Assembly: GCA_022340645.1 (NCBI GenBank)
Contig: JAJDNP010000091.1
Location: 1,673-65,672 of the forward strand
DNA length: 64,000 nt
Source of the DNA: Gammaproteobacteria bacterium
Lineage (GTDB): Bacteria > Pseudomonadota > Gammaproteobacteria > SZUA-229
Direction: 5' to 3'
Shown here: piece after piece, positions 1 to 11,688 of the stretch
Numbering within the stretch: the stretch's first letter is position 1
Layout of the letters: every line of letters begins with the position of its first letter
Translations under genes and position numbers: made by a program
The notes under the pieces: model-generated
The model's input: the letters and a program-made list of their open reading frames with translations, nothing else
What the model was told of the DNA's origin: nothing
Databases searched by the model: none

Positions 1-477
1 GCCGAGATCGACCAGTGGCTGCTGCCAGATATTGTTCATCGTTCCGAGCAGGCCTGCTGGCAGTTCCATCACCATGGGGCCATCGCGAAGGTCCAGCACG
101 CCTGACATGTAGACGGTGTCCTGGTTGGCGGTCAGGATCAACTGCCTTGGCTCAGCCAGCTTGTCCGCGACGATTACTGTATGGGTGTCTGCACCCAGTT
201 TTTTGTGGGCATCCGCCATGGCACCGTAAGAGGCCATCGGCAATGCCCAGAGATAGGCCTGAACGGCCCGTTGGAAGTCCAGTTCGTCATAGAGACTGTC
301 AATGGTTGCCTCTGTGGGGTAGCCTGCTTCGAAACTGAGCGTCCCAACCCTGCTATCGAGCGTCTCACCGTTAACCGGTAGGGCGAACATACTGGCCAGA
401 CAGAACCCAAGAGTTGCTGTACGGAATTTGCAACCTGCATTGTGCAGATAAAGGCTTGTTGTGGTATTCGATATCAT
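1..477 (-). CDS. DUF1254-domain protein, N-terminal part (gene runs off the left edge)
   Basis: My own minus-strand translation starts at the ATG at 475-477, with GGAG upstream, and stays open to position 1. It reads MISNTTTSLYLHNAGCKF...FQRAVQAYLWALPMASYGAM...ANQDTVYMSGVLDLRDGPMVMELP. It is absent from the ORF track because it has no stop in the window. Confidence 0.55.
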   Translation of the reverse strand, partial: MISNTTTSLYLHNAGCKFRTATLGFCLASMFALPVNGETLDSRVGTLSFEAGYPTEATIDSLYDELDFQRAVQAYLWALPMASYGAMADAHKKLGADTHTVIVADKLAEPRQLILTANQDTVYMSGVLDLRDGPMVMELPAGLLGTMNNIWQQPLVDLG

Positions 478-558
478 AAAGATTCTCCTGAGTTCACCTG
501 GTTTCCATGAGACCGTTTCTGCCAATCTGATGCATTTGAACTCTATATCAACAGAAAT

Positions 559-1623
559 TTATTTTGCTTCTACCGGCTTTGGAAACTTCCAGCTACCCTC
601 CAGAATTTCCTTACGTGGCCGGTACATTCGGACGACGTAGTTCCAACCCGGGGTGATTGGCAGGAAGTTGTCCTGACCGGGATCACCACCAAAGTGGATT
701 GTCACGCTATTATCTTTATTTCGCTTTGCGGTAACACTGTTATAGGAATAGGCATTGTATTTGTTGACTGCGAACATGCCTTTATCGTCGTAAACAGTCA
801 CCGACCAGAAAGCATCGACCGGTACATCTTTTACAATTAGTGTATAGGGGGTTTTGCCATCGTTCTTTTCTGGGAACCCGCCGGCATAGGTTGAATCTTT
901 AGCAGGCAAGCCGCCCCAGCCAATCGCAGCGCCCAGAATCCAGTATACGGGGTCAAGGTCCTCCTTGCGGCCAAATGCCTTGCTGCTGTCAGTAGCTGCA
1001 GCAGCAACGATGTTTATCGTATTACGCATCGCCTCCACGTCTTCCTGCTTCCAGTCGGGTACATCGAACTCGCCTTTATCCGCCTGTTTGACGGTAATCG
1101 CGTCCTGTAGTGCATGAGCAGCACTTACATCATCTTTATCGTTCGGGTTGATAAAGGTGCGTACGAGTAATAGTGCATAACGCGTTCCAACATTCGCCCT
1201 GGTAAGCGTAACATCCTTAGGGCCATATTCAGCCCAGATCGAATGATCCTGGTTGACGATCATCAGTGACTGATAGCGTCCCTTGGGGTCAGGCAGTCTT
1301 ATTGTCAACGGCGAGGTCAGATCAAATACACCCCAGGAGTAAATCGTGTCACGGTTGGGTCGCACAGTGATTTTGCTGTTTACATCGTAAGCGTCCCTGA
1401 TATGGTCGAATTTGCCGAAACAGTGAAACTTCTCGATATAACTGCGCATCTGGAAATCTGTCTCAGCACGCACGTAGTTTTTTATAGTTACTTTCGGCGC
1501 GGCCTCGGCCAGAGATACTTGAGGTACTAAAATTGTTGTGATCAGCAGTAGTAAAGTAAACCGCAGTGATTTAGCGTACCTGGTATATGACTTCATACTT
1601 CTCTTTCCTTCGATATCGTTCAT
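559..1623 (-). CDS. Secreted DUF1254/DUF1214-family protein
   Basis: 354-aa ORF with an N-terminal signal-like segment (LLLLITTILVPQVSLAEA). RPNRDTIYSWGVFDL and the C-terminal WNYVVRMYRP resemble the DUF1254/DUF1214 architecture. It is a paralog of the upstream partial gene. Confidence 0.55.
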   Translation of the reverse strand: MNDIEGKRSMKSYTRYAKSLRFTLLLLITTILVPQVSLAEAAPKVTIKNYVRAETDFQMRSYIEKFHCFGKFDHIRDAYDVNSKITVRPNRDTIYSWGVFDLTSPLTIRLPDPKGRYQSLMIVNQDHSIWAEYGPKDVTLTRANVGTRYALLLVRTFINPNDKDDVSAAHALQDAITVKQADKGEFDVPDWKQEDVEAMRNTINIVAAAATDSSKAFGRKEDLDPVYWILGAAIGWGGLPAKDSTYAGGFPEKNDGKTPYTLIVKDVPVDAFWSVTVYDDKGMFAVNKYNAYSYNSVTAKRNKDNSVTIHFGGDPGQDNFLPITPGWNYVVRMYRPRKEILEGSWKFPKPVEAK

Positions 1624-1929
1624 CGTGGTGCAGCAGCATCATTATTATATGCTTTAAAAGATAAGTAACCATAGCATTCTGTCGCAACATGCATTGAAAG
1701 GATCTGCCTCAGTTTGGTGGCACTTGCGTTGTAATGTCATTGGTGCTGCCTAACCGATTAATGAGTCTGCAGTTGACTCGATTTGATTAAATGGTCGATG
1801 CAAGACGTAAGGGCAATAAAGAGACAAATGATGATTAATCGTAAAGTGCCTAAAATGTTGACCTACACGACTTTCCTTACGAGGCGGGAGCCCCATAAAC
1901 AGTGGGTTTCAGATTCCAGTAATATTCCA

Positions 1930-1968
1930 TAAAAAATAATCTGGTCCATGCCGGCAAGCCTGGACCAC
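1930..1968 (-). terminator. Possible rho-independent terminator downstream of the tRNA
   Basis: Stem TGGTCCA (1942-1948) pairs with TGGACCA (1961-1967). On the minus strand it is followed by AGATTATTTTTTA. Confidence 0.4.
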
Positions 1969-2084
1969 TTTATCCAACTGGTAGAGACTTAATGAACAGC
2001 ACTGAAACCCGCATGATAACGCGCTTCTAGTCATTTCGAGGAAAATATTATTCAGGAATCGGCGTTGCCGAGATTTGTGAAAAA

Positions 2085-2161
2085 TGGTGGGCCCAGAAGG
2101 ACTTGAACCTTCGACCTGCCGATTATGAGTCGGATGCTCTAACCAACTGAGCTATGGGCCC
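2085..2161 (-). tRNA. tRNA with CAT anticodon (elongator Met or lysidine-modified Ile2)
   Basis: The reverse complement reads GGGCCCATAGCTCAGTTGGTTAGAGCATCCGACTCATAATCGGCAGGTCGAAGGTTCAAGTCCTTCTGGGCCCACCA. It has a 7-bp acceptor stem, D and T arms, anticodon loop CTCATAA and an encoded CCA. From memory E. coli ileX sits near rpoD, which slightly favours Ile2, but sequence alone does not decide. Confidence 0.9.
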
Positions 2162-2271
2162 TTATGTGTTTGATATAACTATGATGTGTTGTTTGGGTCG
2201 ACTTGTAAACAATGATAATAGGTGTTGTTTGCTCTTTGTCCAAATAAATTTGAACCTGCAAAGGGCATTAA

Positions 2272-2307
2272 CAAAAACGCCCCGCTGCATTTCTGCAAGA
2301 GGGGCGT
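2272..2307 (-). terminator. rpoD rho-independent terminator
   Basis: On the minus strand ACGCCCC...GGGGCGT is followed by TTTTTG, about 55 nt past the rpoD stop. Confidence 0.6.
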
Positions 2308-2363
2308 ATTCTATATAGCTTTAAGCCTGCTGTCAGCAGTAATTTCGATTCTGATACGTTGAA

Positions 2364-4256
2364 TTAATCTTCACCATCATTCAGGAAGCTGCGCAGATTC
2401 TCGGCACGGCTGGGGTGGCGAAGTTTGCGTAATGCTTTGGCTTCAATCTGGCGAATGCGCTCACGTGTTACATCGAACTGCTTGCCGACTTCTTCCAGCG
2501 TGTGGTCGGTATTCATGTCGATGCCGAAACGCATGCACAGTACCTTGGCTTCGCGGGCGGTCAAGGTGGTGAGGATATCGCGTGTTGATTCGCGCAGTGA
2601 CTCACCGGTGGCGGATTCCATCGGCGCCATAATATTGACGTCTTCGATAAAATCGCCCAGATGCGAATCTTCATCGTCGCCGATCGGGGTTTCCATGGAA
2701 ATGGGTTCCTTGGCGATTTTAAGCACCTTGCGTACCTTGTCTTCCGGCATGTCCATTTTTTCCGCGAGTTCTTCAGGAGTGGGTTCACGGCCCATTTCCT
2801 GCAGCATCTGGCGGAAAATGCGATTGAGCTTGTTGATGGTTTCAATCATATGAACAGGAATACGGATGGTCCGCGCCTGGTCCGCAATGGAGCGTGTGAT
2901 TGCCTGGCGAATCCACCATGTCGCATAAGTTGAGAACTTGTAACCGCGACGGTATTCGAACTTGTCTACTGCTTTCATCAGGCCGATGTTGCCTTCCTGA
3001 ATCAGGTCGAGGAACTGCAGGCCACGGTTGGTGTATTTTTTCGCAATAGAAATAACCAGGCGCAGGTTGGCCTCCACCATTTCTTTCTTGGCGCGGCGTG
3101 CCTTGGCTTCGCCGATTGACATCTTGCGGTTGATTTCCTTGATGTCTGAAATGGTCAGGCCGCATTCTTTTTCTATAACCGCCAGTTTCTGCTGGGTGAC
3201 CCTGATTTCGGGCGCCAGTTCGCTGAGCTTTTCTGAATATTCATGGCCCTTGCAATATTTATCCACCCATTTGGTGTTGACTTCATTTTGCGGGAAGGTG
3301 GTAATCATTATTTTGCGCGGCATGTGTGCTTTTGTTACGGCAAGCGTAAGAATATGCCTTTCCAGCTGGCGTACACGATTAATAATGCCATGCAGTTCAC
3401 GTGTTAAGCGGGTGACCAGTGATGGCGCATACTTGAATTCAAGGAAAGCGCTGGCCATGGCGTCGCGCGCTTTCTGGATTTCTTCAGGGGTGCTGTTTTC
3501 GTTGCCGATAACGTTCTGGCAGCGTGTGTAGGCGCGCTTGATTTTTGAAAAGACTTTTTTAACGCTCTCGATATCGGGGCCGCTTTCAAACACTTCATCT
3601 TTCTGCACCGGTTTGCCTGCCGCTGCCATTTCTGCTTCTTTGGCGGCGCGCTGCAGCGCTTCGGCGGCAAGCTGATCAAGTTCTTCATCACTCTTGTGGA
3701 AATCAACAATTAAATCGTTAAGGCGTTTATCGCCCTCCAGGACTTTTTCCCACAGCTTAAGCGTGGTGCCAATCGTTGTCGGGTTGGTTGCCAGTGCTTC
3801 CAGTACCTGCTTTAAGCCTTCTTCAATGCGTTTGGCAATTTCTATTTCGCCTTCACGTGTCAGCAGTTCCACGCTGCCCATTTCGCGCATGTACATACGT
3901 ACCGGGTCGGTGGTGCGGCCCAGCTCGGTTTCGATGGAGGCCAGGGCGGCAACGGTTTCTTCGGTGGTTTCGTCATCCGCTTCGCTGACGGATAAATCGG
4001 TTAGTACCAGTGATTCGGCTTCGGGTGCAGTTTCTACTACCCGAATACCCATGTCGTTGATGGTGTTGATGATGTCCTCGATTTGAGAAGGATCGACGAT
4101 ACCTTCGGGTAAATGGTCATTAACCTCTGAATAGGTGAGAAATCCCTGTTCTTTGCCTTTTGCAATGAGCGTTTTTAAACGCGACTGTTTATCTTGTTCT
4201 AACAGTGGAGATGCCATAGAATTACCCGTATAATGTGATGCAATATTGTTTGCCAT
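2364..4256 (-). CDS. rpoD: RNA polymerase sigma-70 factor RpoD
   Basis: 630-aa ORF with regions 1.1 to 4.2 recognisable ([81 protein letters not shown]). An alternative start at 4217 (MASPLLEQ) is equally plausible. Confidence 0.97.
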   Translation of the reverse strand: MANNIASHYTGNSMASPLLEQDKQSRLKTLIAKGKEQGFLTYSEVNDHLPEGIVDPSQIEDIINTINDMGIRVVETAPEAESLVLTDLSVSEADDETTEETVAALASIETELGRTTDPVRMYMREMGSVELLTREGEIEIAKRIEEGLKQVLEALATNPTTIGTTLKLWEKVLEGDKRLNDLIVDFHKSDEELDQLAAEALQRAAKEAEMAAAGKPVQKDEVFESGPDIESVKKVFSKIKRAYTRCQNVIGNENSTPEEIQKARDAMASAFLEFKYAPSLVTRLTRELHGIINRVRQLERHILTLAVTKAHMPRKIMITTFPQNEVNTKWVDKYCKGHEYSEKLSELAPEIRVTQQKLAVIEKECGLTISDIKEINRKMSIGEAKARRAKKEMVEANLRLVISIAKKYTNRGLQFLDLIQEGNIGLMKAVDKFEYRRGYKFSTYATWWIRQAITRSIADQARTIRIPVHMIETINKLNRIFRQMLQEMGREPTPEELAEKMDMPEDKVRKVLKIAKEPISMETPIGDDEDSHLGDFIEDVNIMAPMESATGESLRESTRDILTTLTAREAKVLCMRFGIDMNTDHTLEEVGKQFDVTRERIRQIEAKALRKLRHPSRAENLRSFLNDGED

Positions 4257-4633
4257 ATTTATTACCCGCTAGCCCAAATCAATCTTGCTGGCCACAACTT
4301 GATGCGCCTGGAAGACTGAAAAATTAATATCGGACAAGACCCAATATTTTACCATTAAAATGGTGTTAATATCTACAAAATCAAGGGCTAAAAAGCATAT
4401 AAACATGTTCGGAGTTGGCATGATTTTCTCCGGGAGTTCCATTAAATCGGCAGAAAACGACTTGTACCCTCATGCATAGCCCAACACTGGATTTAGACCT
4501 TAGTATTGGTAAATAGTTTTCCACTCGTTTAAGATAATCGGAGCTCAGCAGACGAACGGCATATCCCTGTCTGCACACAAGCAATTGGTAAGCATTAATT
4601 GGTAGTTTTTTAGAGCAATAAACGAGAAAGAAT

Positions 4634-5194
4634 ATGGTATCTCTTGAAACCCCTGTCTGCGAATTTGACAAACCGGTTGTCGATTTTGCCTTGCCTGGCG
4701 TCGACGGCCAGGTATGGACGCCGGAAATGGCGCGCGGTGAAAACGGCCTGCTGGTTATGTTTATCTGTAATCACTGCCCTTATGTAAAATCAATCCGCGA
4801 TCGTATCGTGCGTGATACCAGGGAACTGATGGATTATGGTATCAATACGGTCGCTATTATGTCCAATGATCCCACTGATTATGAAGAAGATTCGTTCGAA
4901 AATATGCAGATCATTGCACAGGAGTATGAATATCCGTTTCCCTACCTGCTGGATGAATCACAGGAGGTAGCAAAAGCCTATGGTGCGGTGTGTACGCCGG
5001 ATTTCTTCGGTTACAACAAGTCCATGCGCCTGCAGTATCGTGGCCGCCTGGATGAAAGCCGGAAACAGGCCGCCCCGGCAGATGTCAAGCGTGATTTATT
5101 TGATGCCATGAAGCAGATCGCATTAACCGGACGTGGACCGGAAAATCAGATTCCCAGCATGGGCTGTTCAATAAAATGGAAAGAGGCCGGTTGA
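4634..5194 (+). CDS. Thioredoxin-fold thiol-disulfide oxidoreductase (AhpC/TSA-like)
   Basis: 186-aa ORF with a CxxC motif (FICNHCPYV). Length and context are typical of thioredoxin-family proteins. Confidence 0.7.
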   Translation: MVSLETPVCEFDKPVVDFALPGVDGQVWTPEMARGENGLLVMFICNHCPYVKSIRDRIVRDTRELMDYGINTVAIMSNDPTDYEEDSFENMQIIAQEYEYPFPYLLDESQEVAKAYGAVCTPDFFGYNKSMRLQYRGRLDESRKQAAPADVKRDLFDAMKQIALTGRGPENQIPSMGCSIKWKEAG

Positions 5195-5485
5195 ACTGCG
5201 GCATTTCACCGGCAAATCTTCATTTAATTTTGTGGTGATTGACCCCGATACGACATTCGTCATCGTTGATTTGGTTAGAAATTGATCTGTATCACTTTTG
5301 GTTGCTTGCTCATTACGCTGAATTAAGGGAAAATACGCGCCTTTCAATCAACAGCGGCATTGTGATTCATTAGCTCTTTATTGCCTTAGCTATTGATTTC
5401 AAAAAGAATTCCTGTCGCTTCGCGGGCATGATGCAGCGCCTGTTGTGGTGGCTTTTCAGTTATAAAAACTAAATCGGAGAGCACT

Positions 5486-7459
5486 ATGCCTTCACGTAAA
5501 GACCTAGCAAATGCCGTTCGTGCCTTAAGTATGGACGCTGTACAAAAAGCCAACTCGGGTCACCCCGGTGCACCTATGGGCATGGCTGATATCGCCGAAG
5601 TATTGTGGAATGACCATATGGTCCACAATCCGGCTAATCCAAAATGGAGCAACCGCGACCGTTTCATTCTGTCAAACGGCCACGGCTCTATGCTTATCTA
5701 CTCATTGCTGCATCTGACCGGTTATGAGTTAACAATCGATGACCTGAAAAACTTCCGCCAGCTGCATTCTAAAACCCCGGGCCACCCTGAATACGGTTAT
5801 GCGCCTGGAGTTGAGACCACCACCGGGCCACTGGGCCAGGGTATTACCAATGGCGTGGGCATGGCTATAGCTGAAAAAGCACTGGCCAGCCAGTTCAACC
5901 AGAAAGGCCATAACATCGTTGATCATCATACTTATGTTTTCCTTGGCGATGGCTGTATGATGGAGGGTATTTCTCACGAAGCCTGCTCCCTGGCCGGTAC
6001 ATTAGGCCTGGGTAAGCTGATCGCATTCTGGGATGACAATGGTATTTCAATCGACGGTCATGTTGATGGCTGGTTCACTGATAACACACCTAAACGGTTT
6101 GAAGCTTATGGCTGGCACGTGATCCCCGGTGTTGATGGCCATGACCCCGAGGCTATTGCCAAGGCGCTGGAAATGGCGAAAGCCATGACAGATAAACCAA
6201 CAATGATCTGCTGCAAGACCACCATCGGTTTTGGTTCGCCAAACAAGGCTGGCAGCCATGCCTGTCACGGTGCGCCGTTAGGCCAGGAAGAAATTAACCT
6301 GACCAAGGCGGCTTTGGGCTGGGATCATGATGCATTTGAAGTGCCTGCTGCGATTTATCACGGCTGGGATGCAAAAGAGAAAGGCGCCAGTGCAGAGGCA
6401 GCGTGGAATGAAAAATTTGCGGCTTACAGGGCTGAGTACCCGGAACTGGCTGCCGAGTATGAACGTCGCATGGGCGGTGAACTGCCGGCAGACTGGGCGG
6501 CTAAATCTGCCGAGTACATTGCGTCTGTAAATGCAGCTGCAAAGAGCCCTGCTACACGCCAGGCATCACTGGCCTGTATCGAAGCCTATTCGCCGATTCT
6601 CCCTGAATTATTTGGCGGTTCTGCTGACCTTGGTTGTTCAAACCTGACGGAATGGTCCGGTTACAGGCCAATGGATGCCAATGAAGTTTCGAACTATGTT
6701 CGTTATGGTGTGCGCGAGTTTGGTATGTCGGCCATAATGAACGGTATTGCGCTGCATGGCGGCCTGATTCCTTTCGGTGCCACCTTCCTGATGTTCTCCG
6801 AGTATGCGCGCAACGCACTGCGTATGTCTGCATTGATGAAAATTCAAAGCATCTTCGTCTATACCCATGACTCAATCGGCCTGGGTGAAGATGGTCCGAC
6901 ACATCAGCCAGTCGAGCAGATCCCGACGCTGCGCATGATTCCGAATATGTCAGTATGGCGTCCATGTGATGCGGTTGAGTCTGCAGTATGCTGGGCGAAA
7001 GCGATTGAGCGTAAAGACGGCCCCACTTGCCTGATATTCTCACGCCAGGGTCTGCCGCACCAGCAACGCACAGATGCGCAAATTGCTGATATCGCAAAAG
7101 GCGGTTACATCCTGAAAGACTGTGCCGGCACACCGGATGCAATCATCATCGCTACCGGTTCTGAAGTAGCGCTGGCTGTCGGTGCGGCAGATGCGATGTC
7201 TGACAAAAATATCCGTGTAGTTTCTATGCCATCGGTTGATGCCTTCGAGGCACAGGATGACAGCTACCGTTCAGCTGTGCTGAGCAAAGGCATACCAACC
7301 GTTGCAGTTGAAGCCGCTGTGACAGGCGGCTGGTATAAATACGCTGATGCAGTTGTTGGTATTGACCGCTTCGGTGAGTCTGCACCGGCTAACCAGCTGT
7401 TTGAAGAGTTTGGCTTTACAGTGGATAACGTAGTCAAAGCGGTGAGCAGCGTTTTATAA
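5486..7459 (+). CDS. tkt: Transketolase
   Basis: 657-aa ORF with [13 protein letters not shown], the ThDP motif [13 protein letters not shown] and [18 protein letters not shown] lies upstream. Confidence 0.97.
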   Translation: MPSRKDLANAVRALSMDAVQKANSGHPGAPMGMADIAEVLWNDHMVHNPANPKWSNRDRFILSNGHGSMLIYSLLHLTGYELTIDDLKNFRQLHSKTPGHPEYGYAPGVETTTGPLGQGITNGVGMAIAEKALASQFNQKGHNIVDHHTYVFLGDGCMMEGISHEACSLAGTLGLGKLIAFWDDNGISIDGHVDGWFTDNTPKRFEAYGWHVIPGVDGHDPEAIAKALEMAKAMTDKPTMICCKTTIGFGSPNKAGSHACHGAPLGQEEINLTKAALGWDHDAFEVPAAIYHGWDAKEKGASAEAAWNEKFAAYRAEYPELAAEYERRMGGELPADWAAKSAEYIASVNAAAKSPATRQASLACIEAYSPILPELFGGSADLGCSNLTEWSGYRPMDANEVSNYVRYGVREFGMSAIMNGIALHGGLIPFGATFLMFSEYARNALRMSALMKIQSIFVYTHDSIGLGEDGPTHQPVEQIPTLRMIPNMSVWRPCDAVESAVCWAKAIERKDGPTCLIFSRQGLPHQQRTDAQIADIAKGGYILKDCAGTPDAIIIATGSEVALAVGAADAMSDKNIRVVSMPSVDAFEAQDDSYRSAVLSKGIPTVAVEAAVTGGWYKYADAVVGIDRFGESAPANQLFEEFGFTVDNVVKAVSSVL

Positions 7460-7472
7460 ACAATAAGTATCG

Positions 7473-7548
7473 GTCCGCGAATAACGCGAAATGCGCAAAT
7501 AAAACTTTTTTATTTTTAGTATTCGCGTGTTTCGCGTTATTCGCGGAC
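7473..7548. repeat. Unit-array hairpin, GTCC class (unit CGCGAAT)
   Basis: Left arm is GTCCGCGAATAACGCGAAATGCGCAAAT (7473-7500). Right arm is ATTCGCGTGTTTCGCGTTATTCGCGGAC (7521-7548). The outer 19 bp are perfectly complementary. The arms have a 9-bp internal period. Confidence 0.85.
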
Positions 7549-7574
7549 AAAATTTTTGAGTTTTATTTTTTTAA

Positions 7575-8597
<1,023 letters not shown>

Positions 8598-8601
8598 GTT
8601 A

Positions 8602-8720
8602 TAAGCGGATCTTTTTTCCGATTACGGCGTTGCGGAAATAATTTGAGTGCTCACGTACTATTGTACGCTCCGCGTCTCAAATCATTCCCGCGCCTTGTAC
8701 TCGAAAAAAATCTCTCACTT
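8602..8720. repeat. Long imperfect inverted repeat downstream of gap
   Basis: The two ~55-nt arms (8602-8657 and 8663-8720) are roughly 75% complementary by eye. An example is TTTTTTCCGATTACGGCGTTGCGGAAATAATTTGAG against CTCAAATCATTCCCGCGCCTTGTACTCGAAAAAAA. Confidence 0.6.
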
Positions 8721-8740
8721 ATAAATGAGATATACAAATA

Positions 8741-8780
8741 CCAGCCCAGTTAATTTTTACATATTAATTAACTGGGCTGG
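8741..8780 (+). terminator. Stem-loop after gap (possible terminator)
   Basis: A perfect 15-bp stem pairs CCAGCCCAGTTAATT (8741-8755) with AATTAACTGGGCTGG (8766-8780). The T tail (TGTCTTT) is weak. Confidence 0.5.
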
Positions 8781-8873
8781 TGTCTTTAAAAACAAGTATT
8801 GTTTGTTAAGTATTCAAATTAATTTAACAAACCATATTTAAAATAATTAAGTAACAATTTTGGAGTTTTAGTC

Positions 8874-10058
8874 ATGGCATTCATTAAACTGAAAGACCTG
8901 GATTTGGCTGGTAAGCGCGTATTAATTCGCGCTGACCTTAACGTGCCGGTGAAAGACGGCAAGGTAACTTCCGATGCGCGCATCAGCGCATCAATGCCTA
9001 CGATTGAGCACTGCATGAACGCCGGCGCTGCTGTGATGGTGATGTCTCACCGCGGCCGTCCGGAAGAGGGCAAGGTGGACGAAGAAAATTCAATGCAGCC
9101 GATTGCGGAAGATATGTCTGCAAAACTGGGCAAGGGAGTCCGCCTGGTGAAAGATTACCTGGAAAAAGCGCCTGAAGTGGCTGCCGGTGAAGTCGTGCTG
9201 CTGGAAAACGTACGTTTTAACGCGGGCGAGAAAAAAGACGACGAAACCCTGTCAAGAAAATATGCTTCGCTTTGTGATGTGTTCGTGATGGATGCATTCG
9301 GTACCGCGCATCGCGCGCAGGCGTCAACCCATGGTGCCGGCAAATTTGCACCTGTTGCCTGCGCCGGACTTCTGCTTTCAAACGAACTGGACAGCCTGGA
9401 AAAAGCTCTGGCCAAGCCTGCCCGTCCAATGGTGGCCATCGTTGGCGGCTCCAAGGTTTCAACCAAGTTGACGGTGCTTGAATCCCTGTCTGAAAAAGTA
9501 GACCAGCTGGTCGTTGGCGGCGGTATCGCCAATACCTTCCTTAAAGCTACGGGCCATAATGTGGGCAAATCATTATGTGAAGATGATCTGGTTGATACCG
9601 CAAAAGCACTGATTGAAAAAATGAAGGCGCGTGGCGCAAACATTCCGATCGCGACAGACGTGGTGTGCGGCAAGGAGTTTTCTGAAAACGCGGTAGCAAC
9701 ACTAAAGTCAGCCGACGCAGTTGAAGACGATGATATGATTTTTGATATTGGTCCGGAATCAGCAAAAGTGCTGGCTGGTATCATCAGCAAGGCTGGTACT
9801 ATCGTATGGAATGGCCCTGTTGGCGTGTTTGAGTTCGACCAGTTCGGCGCAGGTACAAAAACAGTGTCAATGGCAATTGCCAACAGTGACGGTTTCAGTC
9901 TTGCCGGTGGTGGTGATACTATCGCTGCGATTCAGAAATATGATATCTATGATAAGGTATCCTATATCTCAACGGCTGGCGGCGCATTCCTTGAGTACCT
10001 TGAAGGTAAAACATTGCCTGCTGTTGCCATGCTGGAAGAGGCGGCTAAAAAGCAGTGA
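8874..10058 (+). CDS. pgk: Phosphoglycerate kinase
   Basis: 394-aa ORF with RADLNVP, MSHRGRP, FGTAHRA and GGGDT motifs. Confidence 0.97.
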   Translation: MAFIKLKDLDLAGKRVLIRADLNVPVKDGKVTSDARISASMPTIEHCMNAGAAVMVMSHRGRPEEGKVDEENSMQPIAEDMSAKLGKGVRLVKDYLEKAPEVAAGEVVLLENVRFNAGEKKDDETLSRKYASLCDVFVMDAFGTAHRAQASTHGAGKFAPVACAGLLLSNELDSLEKALAKPARPMVAIVGGSKVSTKLTVLESLSEKVDQLVVGGGIANTFLKATGHNVGKSLCEDDLVDTAKALIEKMKARGANIPIATDVVCGKEFSENAVATLKSADAVEDDDMIFDIGPESAKVLAGIISKAGTIVWNGPVGVFEFDQFGAGTKTVSMAIANSDGFSLAGGGDTIAAIQKYDIYDKVSYISTAGGAFLEYLEGKTLPAVAMLEEAAKKQ

Positions 10059-10162
10059 AAAATCAATAGTGAATAATGAAAAATTTATACACAGCTTGCT
10101 TACCGTAATCAGGTATAAATTTTTATGTATTTTTCACTTTTCATTTTTCACTTTTCATTTTT
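10054..10162. repeat. Unit-array hairpin, heptamer class (GTGAAAA/ATGAAAA)
   Basis: A perfect 12-bp core stem pairs AAAAATTTATAC (10079-10090) with GTATAAATTTTT (10113-10124). It is flanked by AGTGAAT/AATGAAA units on the left and (TTTTCAC TTTTCAT)x2 on the right. Confidence 0.7.
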
Positions 10163-10178
10163 AACCGAAGGTTAAACA

Positions 10179-11600
10179 GTGCGCAGAACCAAGATCGTTG
10201 CCACCCTGGGACCGGCCTCCAGTTCGCCTGAAATCATAACGGAAATGATTTTTGCGGGTGTCGATGTATTTCGTTTGAATTTCTCCCATGGTACAGCGGA
10301 CGAACAAAAGCATCGCGCTGACCTGATTCGTGAGTGCAGCGAAAAAAGCGGGCGCGTTGTTGGTATTCTTGCCGACCTGCAGGGACCGAAAATTCGCACT
10401 CATAAATTCAGGGACGGACAGGTTCAGCTGATTCGGGGTGAAACGTTTATTCTGGATGCTGCGCTGGGTGAAAATGAAGGAACCCAGGAGCGGGTTGGCA
10501 TCACTTACAAGGATTTGCCAAAAGATGTTAAAGCAGGCGATATTATGCTGCTTGATGATGGGCGTGTTGAACTCGAGGTTAAAACCGTTATTGGTGACGA
10601 AATTCACTGCGCCGTCCTGTACACCGCAGAGCTGTCGAATAACAAGGGCATTAATTTAAAAGGCGGCGGTTTATCGGCGCCGGCGCTGACGGAAAAAGAC
10701 GAGAAAGATCTGGCGGTCGCCGTTGAAATTGAAGTGGATTACGTGGCGTTATCATTTGCCCGCTCGGCGGATGATGTTATTAAGTGCCGGGAGCTGGTTA
10801 GAGCGGCAGGCAGTGATGCAGGCATCGTCACCAAGATAGAGCGTGCGGAAGCGATTGCTAATATCGACAAAATCATTGAAGCCTCCGATGTAATTATGGT
10901 TGCGCGCGGTGACCTGGGTGTGGAAATGGGCGATGCCGAATTGCCTGCTATTCAGAAGTGCCTGATAAAGCAGGCGCGAAGCATGAATAAGGTTGTGATT
11001 ACGGCGACACAGATGATGGAGTCGATGATTGAAAATCCGATTCCGACCAGAGCCGAAGTATTTGATGTTGCAAATGCCGTGCTTGATGGCACCGATGCCG
11101 TGATGCTGTCCGGTGAAACTGCAATCGGCAGATACCCGGAAAAAACGGTCAGGACCATGGGCCGTATTTGCGAGCACGCGGAACAGCAGCGAGAAGCAAT
11201 GATATCTGATCACCGTGTAGACCTTATCTTTGGTAGGGTTGATGAAGCGATAGCAATGGCTACAATGTACACCGCAAATCATCTTAAGATGAATGCGATT
11301 GCTTCACTGACGGAAACTGGCGCCACGGTGCTGTGGATGTCGCGTATCAGCTCGGGAATACCGATTTACGCACTCACCACGGTACGTGGCACACTGCGTA
11401 AGGTAACATTGTATCGCGGTGTTTACCCGGTGAGTATCGCTGAGGATGATATACATCCTTATCATGTCACCACCGGGATAATTGATATACTGAAAAGCAA
11501 AAATATTGTTAAGACGGGTGATAGAATAACCATCACTCGAGGTGACATGCTCGGCAGTCAGGGCGGCAGTAATATCATGAAGATAGTCAGTATTGAATAG
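10179..11600 (+). CDS. pyk: Pyruvate kinase (GTG start)
   Basis: 473-aa ORF reading MRRTKIVATLGPAS, with FRLNFSHG, MVARGDLGVE and TQMMESM. Confidence 0.96.
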   Translation: MRRTKIVATLGPASSSPEIITEMIFAGVDVFRLNFSHGTADEQKHRADLIRECSEKSGRVVGILADLQGPKIRTHKFRDGQVQLIRGETFILDAALGENEGTQERVGITYKDLPKDVKAGDIMLLDDGRVELEVKTVIGDEIHCAVLYTAELSNNKGINLKGGGLSAPALTEKDEKDLAVAVEIEVDYVALSFARSADDVIKCRELVRAAGSDAGIVTKIERAEAIANIDKIIEASDVIMVARGDLGVEMGDAELPAIQKCLIKQARSMNKVVITATQMMESMIENPIPTRAEVFDVANAVLDGTDAVMLSGETAIGRYPEKTVRTMGRICEHAEQQREAMISDHRVDLIFGRVDEAIAMATMYTANHLKMNAIASLTETGATVLWMSRISSGIPIYALTTVRGTLRKVTLYRGVYPVSIAEDDIHPYHVTTGIIDILKSKNIVKTGDRITITRGDMLGSQGGSNIMKIVSIE

Positions 11601-11688
11601 TTTACCAGGCTGCATGTTAATGCAGCACTTAAGTTGTATTGAGAATTTTTTACAAACTTTATTTTAGAATCAGAACGGGAGAGCGAAA

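Noticed and set aside
1624-2084. Prophage or island attachment site at the tRNA
   Set aside because: There is no integrase ORF and no repeat of the tRNA 3' end between the tRNA and the left edge. It is kept only as a low-interest note.
4381-4671. 96-aa minus-strand ORF in the rpoD / thioredoxin-like divergent spacer
   Set aside because: It overlaps the start of the thioredoxin-like gene, has no ribosome-binding site and shows no recognisable features.
9155-9883. 242-aa ORF antisense to pgk. Similar long antisense ORFs lie at 21280-21981 in gltD, 6552-7142 in tkt and 10752-11282 in pyk.
   Set aside because: Each lies wholly inside a strongly supported conserved gene on the other strand. Their compositions are low-complexity (Ser/Ala/Pro/Arg-rich) and I recognise no motifs. 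They are typical shadow ORFs.
10066-10090. Fur-box-like AT-rich sequence (GTGAATAATGAAAAATTTATAC) upstream of pyk
   Set aside because: It needs an indel to align with the 19-bp Fur consensus and then matches only about two-thirds of it. It is better explained as an arm of the heptamer-class hairpin.
10054-10162. Periodic short repeats considered as a CRISPR array or as iterons of a replication origin
   Set aside because: The units are only 7-10 bp and directly abutting, with no spacers. There are 2-4 copies per arm, always mirrored by a complementary arm. There are no cas or rep genes.
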